A DNA stretch of 64,000 nucleotides, from NCBI GenBank assembly GCA_016839705.1, contig JAEOTR010000032.1:17731-81730 (forward strand), given 5' to 3'. This DNA is from Promethearchaeota archaeon. Its GTDB lineage: Archaea; Asgardarchaeota; Lokiarchaeia; Sigyniarchaeales; SOKP01. The position numbers and the translations under genes were made by a program. Of this stretch, positions 17,782 to 25,545 are shown piece after piece. Positions within the stretch are counted from its first letter, which is position 1. Every line of letters starts with the position of its first letter. The notes under the pieces were generated by a model. The model did no database searches. It was given only the letters and a program-made list of their open reading frames with translations, and was not told the origin of the DNA.

Positions 17782-19611
17782 TCAAAAATTGTATTCATGA
17801 TTTAATATTTTCTTATAGATGTCTTCTGTTAACGGCGTGTATTCTGACTTATTTGGAAGCATGACAAATAAAGCGTCATCAATTTTTTGAAGATTAATTC
17901 CTTCTTCTTTAAGTTCAATCTTTTTAAATTTAAAAGTATGTGTTGTTGAGAGACCTGACTTAAATCTAAGAAAAACAGGTATAGCATACGGAGCGAGATT
18001 GGCAAAAAAAAGCCCTTCCAGCTTCTTGAAGTCAAAATCATTAACACTAGATGTTGATACAATCGCTGCCATTCCTGCGCGTCCATCGGTAGCCGGTAAT
18101 CTAACTCCATAAACGCATGACATTGAAATTTGATCAAAAGTATTGAGGACCTCTTCTATTTCTGTAGTTGAAACATTATGTCCTTTCCATCGGAAAGTAT
18201 CTCCGAGACGATCAACAAATTGAGCATGGTTACAACCTTGATCCCGCATTAGATCACCAGTATTAAACCATACATCTCCTTCTTTAAAGACATTACGAAG
18301 TAATTTCGCTTCAGTTGCTTTTTCATCAGTATATCCCCTAAATTTAGTAGTTTCTGTGCTTTCGAATAGGAGTAAGCCAACCTCGCCAGTACGTACTTTT
18401 TTCGAAAAACCTCTTTTGTTCTTTATAAGTTCATCGTTCTCATGGTCATATCGTACAATAGCATAACCCCCCGTTGAATATCCGCAGGTGCAATCAAAGT
18501 TTAGTACATTAGCAAATGCACCGTTTCCTTCTGAAGAACCATAAAATTCACCAATATAGGGGATATCAAATCTCTTTTTAAAATCCTGCCATATGTCTGG
18601 ACGAAGACCATTCCCAATCACTGCTCTTACAGGATTATCCGAATCATCCGGTTTAGGAGGTTGATTCATTAAATAACGACATATCTCACCAACATAACTA
18701 AAGCAAGTAGCATTATATCTCCGAACATCATCCCAAAAATGACTAACGCTGAACTTACGAGCGATTGCTAAAGCGCTACCATTAACAAGAGCAGATGGCC
18801 AACCCGTCATTAGAGCTGTGCCATGAAAAAAGGGAAGTGAAATATATATTGTATCATCCGAGGTAAATTGTGCAATCATAGTCCCAAAAACATATCCCCC
18901 GAGAGTCACTCTAGCATGAGTTAAGAGTGCTGCTTTAGGTAATCCCGTTGTACCAGAAGTATAAATATAGGCAATAACATCTTGAGGTGTGATACTAGTC
19001 GTAGTTGTTGGATTTTCTACAGGAAGATTTAAAACAGCTTTTGGGAGGTCGGTAAATCCCTCAGGAAGGTCCATCTCACCACTATCATGTACAAAACAGA
19101 GTTGTTTAGCATCTGATAAGTTGATATCTGATTTGATCTCATTGAAAGTGTCAAAACATTCTTCACCAACAACAATAATTTTGCCCGGAGTAAGGTTTAA
19201 ACTATATACTAAGGTTTTTTTCCGCAGATCAGTATTGATTAATGAAGATATTGACCCAATTTTAGCATTTGCACTATATAATAATAATAGTTCTATTCGG
19301 TTTTTTACTAAAACCTTTACAACATCACCCTTTTTCAAACCTAAAGAAATGAAGTAATTTGCATACTGGTTTACTTTATCATTAAATTCTTGATATGTAA
19401 GAACATTATCTTCAAATTTAATAGCGGGATTATTAGGGAATTCTACGGCATTTTTTTCTAGAATTGATCCCCATGAAGTTTTATTTTCTGCAGATATTTT
19501 ACCAATCTCTAGGATGAGTGGAGCATGTTTTTTAGTCCACTCTAGAAATCTTTTATTAAATTCTTCACTGTCAATAAGGTCTGAATTATTCTGTTTTGAT
19601 ATATCTAACAT
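17782..19611 (-). CDS. FATP/very-long-chain-type acyl-CoA synthetase (AMP-forming, ANL family)
   Basis: YIYTSGTTGLPKAA (A3), EFYGSSEGN (A5), NTGDLM....FVDRLGDTFRWKGHNVSTTEIEEVL (A7/A8, FATP-type signature). Confidence 0.85.
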   Translation of the reverse strand: MLDISKQNNSDLIDSEEFNKRFLEWTKKHAPLILEIGKISAENKTSWGSILEKNAVEFPNNPAIKFEDNVLTYQEFNDKVNQYANYFISLGLKKGDVVKVLVKNRIELLLLYSANAKIGSISSLINTDLRKKTLVYSLNLTPGKIIVVGEECFDTFNEIKSDINLSDAKQLCFVHDSGEMDLPEGFTDLPKAVLNLPVENPTTTTSITPQDVIAYIYTSGTTGLPKAALLTHARVTLGGYVFGTMIAQFTSDDTIYISLPFFHGTALMTGWPSALVNGSALAIARKFSVSHFWDDVRRYNATCFSYVGEICRYLMNQPPKPDDSDNPVRAVIGNGLRPDIWQDFKKRFDIPYIGEFYGSSEGNGAFANVLNFDCTCGYSTGGYAIVRYDHENDELIKNKRGFSKKVRTGEVGLLLFESTETTKFRGYTDEKATEAKLLRNVFKEGDVWFNTGDLMRDQGCNHAQFVDRLGDTFRWKGHNVSTTEIEEVLNTFDQISMSCVYGVRLPATDGRAGMAAIVSTSSVNDFDFKKLEGLFFANLAPYAIPVFLRFKSGLSTTHTFKFKKIELKEEGINLQKIDDALFVMLPNKSEYTPLTEDIYKKILNHEYNF

Positions 19612-19896
19612 TTGAGTCCATTTTTCTTTTTTAGTTGAAAATAAATCTAAATTTAGAAAAAAAAATCTATAGACTTATTAGATCTTTTCAGATTATAAAT
19701 CTATCAATATATCAAAAATTTCTAGAAAAAATTACTCAAAAAATTAAAAAAAAGAGATATATAGAAATGGAGGAATTTTTCAAGAAGCCGACAAATTTTT
19801 TTAAAAAAAAGAAAGAGAAAAAGAGGAAAAGGTGTTTACTGATCCTCTATTTTCTATTTTTATAGTGTAAATATATAGAAATGAAAATTTAGTTTG

Positions 19897-21213
19897 TTAA
19901 AATTTGAGGAAAGATTGAAGAAATTCCCTCTTCTGTTCCATTGCTTCTTGGATTTCTGGACCTGGGGGATTACCTAGCATATTATTCATTCCAACTATGA
20001 GATTATTGGTACCCTTGAAATCCAGCACGTTCATCTTTGTAGACCCTCCAACAATTACACATTCGCTTGACCTCAACAAGGCAATATGAACCCAGGAGGC
20101 ATCAACATTTTGGACATTGTTGCCAAGAATCAAATTGTTATAGGCAAAAAAACATCCAATACCATAATCTCCTGTACCACGAATTATGTTGTTAGAGATA
20201 AAAGCATCCTGCAACCCCTCTGTCCAAATTCCGCCATATATTGTATCTTCTAAAATAATTTTATTATGAGAGACAACTGCTTCGAGTGATTTGATTGGTG
20301 TATGATCCCATAAACCTATACCATCGGCAGAATTTGACACCTTTAAATTATTATGAGTGATAAGCCACTGGGAAGGGGATAAAGATGGAGTTAAATCTCC
20401 TATTTGCCATACCCAAATACCATTTAAAAATTCTGTCTGGATATCATTACGAGAAATCTCAAATTTTGAATAGCTATTATCCATGTTAACTATTCCAAAA
20501 GTACCTCCTTTAAATGAATTTGACTTAATTTTCATTTCAGCATTCATTAACACGTAAGCAGAAATACCTCCCCAAAGTGAGTCAAAGTTGCATTTAGTAA
20601 TAATATGTCTCCCAGTTCCATAATTACATTCAATTCCTAATCTAATATTAAAACTTTTAATATAAGGAAAAGGGGGAAATGTGCCTTCATGACCAGTACA
20701 TTTAATACTTTCAATTCGGGAATTTATATCTCCTGTTATTAAGATAAGTGATACCAAATCGTAGGCTGGGTCAGGGTCGTACCATAGTTCAGCAGGTTTT
20801 TCAGGTGTAATATCAAAACTTAAATCAGAAATACATACTTCTCCTCCTGCAAACGTAAACAAACTAGGTCCATAAGGACCAAGTACTCCTGGTGCTTCAG
20901 GATCTAATCCTCTAGGAACATCAATTTTGGTAAGATCCATGCCTGCCCCCATAAATGTACCATAGAAATTTTCAGCTAAAATTGCATTAGTATAAAATTG
21001 ACCTAGAGTTAATTGAACAATGCTTCCTGGACCTGCTGCAATGGCATCATCGAATGCTGCTTGGATGTTTGCAGTATCATCTACACCTGTTGGAGATACA
21101 GTAAAAGTAGGTGAATCAGCGCGGACTAGTCCGATTATCATAGTAAAAGTTCCAAATATCATTGCTAATGTAAAAATTCCGATTATTAGACTTGATTTTG
21201 TTTTCATTTTCAT
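19897..21213 (-). CDS. Secreted/anchored right-handed parallel beta-helix (PbH1 repeat) protein
   Basis: N-terminal signal/anchor KSSLIIGIFTLAMIFGTFTMIIGL, with repeated ITKCNF / ISRNDI / ITHNNL / VSHNKII / ISNNIIRG / ILGNNV turns. Confidence 0.7.
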   Translation of the reverse strand: MKMKTKSSLIIGIFTLAMIFGTFTMIIGLVRADSPTFTVSPTGVDDTANIQAAFDDAIAAGPGSIVQLTLGQFYTNAILAENFYGTFMGAGMDLTKIDVPRGLDPEAPGVLGPYGPSLFTFAGGEVCISDLSFDITPEKPAELWYDPDPAYDLVSLILITGDINSRIESIKCTGHEGTFPPFPYIKSFNIRLGIECNYGTGRHIITKCNFDSLWGGISAYVLMNAEMKIKSNSFKGGTFGIVNMDNSYSKFEISRNDIQTEFLNGIWVWQIGDLTPSLSPSQWLITHNNLKVSNSADGIGLWDHTPIKSLEAVVSHNKIILEDTIYGGIWTEGLQDAFISNNIIRGTGDYGIGCFFAYNNLILGNNVQNVDASWVHIALLRSSECVIVGGSTKMNVLDFKGTNNLIVGMNNMLGNPPGPEIQEAMEQKREFLQSFLKF

Positions 21214-21515
21214 TTTTTTTCACTCCATTTTTCTAATTTCTATTTTATTTCACTTTTTTTTCTAAAAAAATGATTAAATTTTATTTTTCGACCTCTTTTT
21301 GTTAGATTGTTGTTATTGATGTCACTCTCGCAATTTTATTTTTAGATTTGGCTTCGGAATATTGTGTAAAGGTCGAAGTTTAAAGAATTTTGAATTAATA
21401 TATAATGCAGATTTAAAATGAACTTTTTTTAAAAAAAGAATATAAGTACATTTAGCATATTTTTAAATGAATATCTTAAGATAGGTTAATAACACTATTA
21501 AAGTAATATTCTATA

Positions 21516-22892
21516 TTGAAAATAAGAGTTCCGTGGTGTTTTCATAAGATTTGTGCTAAAAAACTAAATTATCCTCCTCAAGAAATAATTATCTCTTCAG
21601 GGATTGAGAAAAAAGATTTTGAATATATTATTTTATGGATGCTTAATAATAATGAAGAATGCAATTGGTCTGACTTTTTAGACAATCCCTTAGGATTTAG
21701 TCTTGCCACCTTATCAAAATATATGAATCTATTAATGACAAATGGATTTGTTGAAAAGAAAGAGAAGGGTCTATACATGATTACACCTGAAGGAAAAAAA
21801 AGATATTTTGATTTAAGGTTTAAAGATTCTTTTGATAGAAAATTAAGATATCCTCCAGAAATAATTCTAAATAAGCGAAATTATGACCACATAATTCTCT
21901 GGATGCTACATAATAATGAATATTGCAAATGGAAAGATTTTCTTGAAAAACCACTCTCTATCAATAATAATTCTCTCTCAAAAAATTTAAATCTTTTAAG
22001 AGAAAAAGGTTATGTGAAGGTCGAAGATATGGAATATCAGATTACTAAAACTGGTGAATCTCAATATTCAAAAATTTTAAAAAAATATGATTTAGATTAT
22101 CAGACAATTTTTAAGGAAGAAATTAAAAGAATTGAAGATATTAAAGAAAAAACAAAGAAATTCCTTGATAAGTATGAAATTGAAGATGATAAGGTTAAGA
22201 TCATATTCTTAGATTTACTTAATCATTTAGATTATTCTAAATCTGAAAATTTATTATCATCAAAGGAAGATTATTATAAGATTCTATTATTCTTTTCTTT
22301 TAATCATCCATCAATGTATCCAAATTTTATATCACCTGAGGAATTTTCTCTTAAATTTGATATTAAATTAACTACACTTAATTTTTTTATACAGAACATT
22401 GTGGAAGAGAATTTATATGAAATAAAATTCTTTAATTTGAGATTTGGGGGAAAAGAAAATTATTTTTTCCGAGTAGACAAAAAATTTGAGAAGATGTTAA
22501 ATTTAATCATCGATGAAAACATAACGAAATTTAGCTTTCTCCATAAACTGCAGCAAAATACTCCAAAAGACGAAAAAAATCTGCAAACTATAAGTTTAGT
22601 TGAAAACATTATAGAAGATATCTATAATAACATGTTTGATCAAAAAGTAAAGCCGTATATTTTAAAGTTTCTACCAGATTATGTCAAATATCTATACGCG
22701 AATTTTAAGAGAAAAAATTATTCCGATAATGTAATAGAAACTTTCAAGGGCATGATCTATCAAAATATTATTACTTTAGATATGGAATACTATAAAGAAA
22801 TGATAGTAAAGAGAGAATTAGTATCGTTTCTCTTGAAAGACTTTCCAAAATACACCATTTTAGATGAAATAAAGAAAAAATGGATTAAATAA
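21516..22892 (+). CDS. Protein with two tandem winged-helix DNA-binding domains plus a long C-terminal domain
   Basis: Internal duplication: YPPQEIIIS..FEYIILWMLNNNEECNWSDFLD..LSKYMNLLMTNGFVEKKEKGLYMITPEGKKRY versus YPPEIILN..YDHIILWMLHNNEYCKWKDFLE..LSKNLNLLREKGYVKVEDMEYQITKTGESQY. Confidence 0.65.
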   Translation: MKIRVPWCFHKICAKKLNYPPQEIIISSGIEKKDFEYIILWMLNNNEECNWSDFLDNPLGFSLATLSKYMNLLMTNGFVEKKEKGLYMITPEGKKRYFDLRFKDSFDRKLRYPPEIILNKRNYDHIILWMLHNNEYCKWKDFLEKPLSINNNSLSKNLNLLREKGYVKVEDMEYQITKTGESQYSKILKKYDLDYQTIFKEEIKRIEDIKEKTKKFLDKYEIEDDKVKIIFLDLLNHLDYSKSENLLSSKEDYYKILLFFSFNHPSMYPNFISPEEFSLKFDIKLTTLNFFIQNIVEENLYEIKFFNLRFGGKENYFFRVDKKFEKMLNLIIDENITKFSFLHKLQQNTPKDEKNLQTISLVENIIEDIYNNMFDQKVKPYILKFLPDYVKYLYANFKRKNYSDNVIETFKGMIYQNIITLDMEYYKEMIVKRELVSFLLKDFPKYTILDEIKKKWIK

Positions 22893-22999
22893 TAAAATTG
22901 TAATTCGCACTTTGTTCAATATTCCGAAGCAAAATCTAAAATAATTCGGTGAAACAAATAGAGAATAATAAAAATCTATAAAAAAGAGGTTAATTAAAA

Positions 23000-23683
23000 A
23001 TGAAGAAATCGAACTTAGGAAAATTTTTCCTTGCATTAATAACTTTTTTAATTGTCTTTTCACACTTTCTAGCAATTGGGTATTCGAATGCGGTAGGAAT
23101 ACCAAATGGACTTCAAGTTAAACATAATTATAGCACCAACGTAATGTCGGGAATAACTCCTTCCACAATGACATTTACTAAATCATCGAGTGACACTATT
23201 CATATCACTAATTACTTGGGAGGTGATATTGATGATACAGGTTCTTGGGACACTAACACCAACACTAGAATTATATCAAACCAAGTAAATTTTGGGCCTT
23301 TTAATGGTGACCATTCTGTCTTTTGGATTTATACTAATATTTCCTTGGATGATCAATTATTAATGTGTAATATATGGAAGGGCGTCCATAATGGCCTTAC
23401 AAATGGTGATGCTACGTTCAATGTTACTGGTGAGGCTATGCATGGTACCATGGAGGTTTGGATTTTAAAAGATGCTCATGGGAGTGAGATGTGGTATGAA
23501 AAAGCGAGAGGATTTCTCGTAAATGGTACATTAAAACACTCCACGGATTATAATACATATGAATTTGTAAGTGTTGGAGTTACAGGTCTTCCAGGTGTTT
23601 CCGGATACAGTTTATTTTTGATAATTTGTGTTACAGCCATGATCTCATTTGTCATAATACAGAGAAAGAAAATTAAGAATTAA
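23000..23683 (+). CDS. Secreted protein with C-terminal PG-x/TM/basic anchor
   Basis: Signal peptide KFFLALITFLIVFSHFLAIGYSNA. C-terminus GLPGVSGYSLFLIICVTAMISFVIIQRKKIKN. Confidence 0.6.
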   Translation: MKKSNLGKFFLALITFLIVFSHFLAIGYSNAVGIPNGLQVKHNYSTNVMSGITPSTMTFTKSSSDTIHITNYLGGDIDDTGSWDTNTNTRIISNQVNFGPFNGDHSVFWIYTNISLDDQLLMCNIWKGVHNGLTNGDATFNVTGEAMHGTMEVWILKDAHGSEMWYEKARGFLVNGTLKHSTDYNTYEFVSVGVTGLPGVSGYSLFLIICVTAMISFVIIQRKKIKN

Positions 23684-23695
23684 ATAATAGTTTCA

Positions 23696-23709
23696 TTTTT
23701 TTTTTTTTT
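23696..23709 (+). terminator. Oligo-T tract (T14), archaeal-type terminator candidate
   Basis: An uninterrupted T run begins 13 nt after the stop of 23000-23683. Confidence 0.4.
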
Positions 23710-23860
23710 AAGTTTGAAGTTTGATTACCTTTGAACTCTTAAAAAAATTCCGAAGTAAAATCTAAAAATGTTTAGCACACTATGATTTATTTAATAATTA
23801 TTATGATATAGTAACAATTTTTTATTACTGCTTGAATTAATCAAAAAGACTTGACAAAAA

Positions 23861-24115
23861 ATGATAATATCGGTTGAAGATTCAAGAGCAGGCAAAATAA
23901 TTAAATTAGATGTTAATAAAAAGCATTTAATCGAAAGTATTATAACTATTGTTGTTAAACATATGAATGTCATTGTCGCAGAACAACGTTCTTTTGCTTT
24001 AATTTATAAAGGTAAAGAACTACCTAATTCAATAACTGTTGGAGACGTTGTTCAAAATTATGGTTTAAAAGAAAATGACAAACTAGAACTATGGGCAAAA
24101 GTAATAGGGGGTTAA
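23861..24115 (+). CDS. Ubiquitin-family beta-grasp protein ending in Gly-Gly
   Basis: 84 aa. AGKIIKLDVNKKHLIESI parallels ubiquitin TGKTITLEVEPSDTIENV. LIYKGKELPNSITVGDVV..GLKENDKLELWAKVIGG-stop parallels [34 protein letters not shown]. Confidence 0.8.
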   Translation: MIISVEDSRAGKIIKLDVNKKHLIESIITIVVKHMNVIVAEQRSFALIYKGKELPNSITVGDVVQNYGLKENDKLELWAKVIGG

Positions 24116-24127
24116 TTAATCAAGTTT

Positions 24128-25195
24128 TCAAGTTTTTTTAAGAACCTTTATATATTTTTCAAATGATGAAGAAGTAACTAAAGCCCATTCTACCTCTTTT
24201 TCGAATCCTCCTTGCTTGTATAATTTAGCCATTTTATTAAACATTTCTTTAATTTTTAAGGTATTATCTGTATTAATGCTCGTTTTATCCGATTTTTCGA
24301 TTTCCATTACTAAGTTTAGAACTTTACAAAACTCTGAATTTCCTAATGTTAATAACTTTAATTTATTATCAGGAATAATTTCACTAGCTTGAATAAAGTG
24401 ATTTGAGGCTTCTAAGAACTTTTTTGGCTCCATTTTTTCTTGAGCGTATGACATAAACTCCCATGCTTTACTTAAATGATATAATCCTTCAACTTCTTCT
24501 CTATCATGTGTGAGAGCTATCTTTGAGGAAAGTCTTTTGAACTGAGATGCTGCATTTGAAAAACATTCTATTGCTTTAATCCTATCTCCCTGTGTTTCAA
24601 AAATTTTTGCGTTCTCAATTTTTGACCAGATATCACTATATATAGAGATTAATTGCCTTTTTTCTTTTTTTTCTTGAATTGATCTTACTATGATTTCTTC
24701 AATGATTGAATATATCCTTTCTTTGGAATCTTTCTGGACTGCAGAATACTCAAATGTTTTTACCCCTATTAGTTCTTCAATTTTATCCACTTTTAGAGTA
24801 TCTTTTTTTCTATCTTGAAAATTAGCAATAACATAGAAATCAACATCAAGAACTTTTTTCTTTAGAAATAATAATAAATTTTGATTATATTTTAAATTCT
24901 CCATGCTTGAATTTGACACTACACATATAATGTCGATAGATTCTAATAAATCTTTAAATAAATTAAAATTTCTAACCAATTCTTTTGACTCAATAACTCG
25001 TAATACACAATGTTCAATCTTTTCTAATGTGGGTATTTCAATAGATTTTTTAAAAATCTCATTTAAATTTATATCAATTTCTAGAATAGTCTCGCTTGGA
25101 AATAATTTTAAAATTGTAGATTTTCCGACCCCTTCTTCTCCGATTAAAAGAATTTGAATAGAAATTGACTTAGCACCAATAAAGCTTTGTTTTAT
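24128..25195 (-). CDS. Ras-like GTPase domain (degenerate switch II) fused to a helical TPR/MIT-like domain; start codon unclear
   Basis: The track ORF starts at TTG 24979, but the frame stays open upstream to 25195 and encodes ISIQILLIGEEGVGKSTILKLFP (P-loop at 25141-25115). Later motifs are ANFQD (NKxD-like) and YSAV (SAK-like). There is no ATG/GTG/TTG upstream of the P-loop. ATA lies at 25195. Confidence 0.6.
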   Translation of the reverse strand: MKQSFIGAKSISIQILLIGEEGVGKSTILKLFPSETILEIDINLNEIFKKSIEIPTLEKIEHCVLRVIESKELVRNFNLFKDLLESIDIICVVSNSSMENLKYNQNLLLFLKKKVLDVDFYVIANFQDRKKDTLKVDKIEELIGVKTFEYSAVQKDSKERIYSIIEEIIVRSIQEKKEKRQLISIYSDIWSKIENAKIFETQGDRIKAIECFSNAASQFKRLSSKIALTHDREEVEGLYHLSKAWEFMSYAQEKMEPKKFLEASNHFIQASEIIPDNKLKLLTLGNSEFCKVLNLVMEIEKSDKTSINTDNTLKIKEMFNKMAKLYKQGGFEKEVEWALVTSSSFEKYIKVLKKT

Positions 25196-25301
25196 ATTAA
25201 TAATTAATTTATTTATGGATTTTAATGTTAATTAAGATCTTAGAATTATAATTTAAATCTAAATATTTTTTCGTTAAGAACTTAAAGAAAGACATTTTCA
25301 G

Positions 25302-25499
25302 TTATTCTCGATATTTAATGTATAATATAAATCCCAATATAAAAGGGATTAGCCATATAATTAAAATCCATAAGAAAATATTTGATTCCCTTTTTTTAGC
25401 GTCTGTGTATACCCATATAGATAAAGCGATTGAAACCAGAAATGTTATTACTAAAAAGATTATTAATATTAAAAAAATAAATTCAATCATTACCCTCAA
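25302..25499 (-). CDS. PLDc_N-like small membrane protein
   Basis: 65 aa, two TM helices. SIWVYTDAKKRESNIFLWILIIWLIPFILGFILYI matches the PLD-nuclease N-terminal domain pattern. Confidence 0.55.
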   Translation of the reverse strand: MRVMIEFIFLILIIFLVITFLVSIALSIWVYTDAKKRESNIFLWILIIWLIPFILGFILYIKYRE

Positions 25500-25545
25500 T
25501 TTTTTAGATTTTGATACCTATTTATCTATTTTATTAATTATTTTA

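Noticed and set aside
19635-19865. A 76-aa Lys-rich ORF lies in the gap between the acyl-CoA synthetase and the beta-helix gene.
   Set aside because: It is made almost entirely of A-runs (KKKKEKKRKR) in an AT-rich divergent/convergent spacer, so it has no credible coding signal.
21288-21379. 8-bp inverted repeat TTCGACCT / AGGTCGAA spaced about 77 nt apart, considered as a tRNA-like acceptor stem or ncRNA.
   Set aside because: The interior is extremely AT-rich, with no D/anticodon/T-arm pairing or conserved tRNA positions. It is more likely chance or a simple regulatory palindrome.
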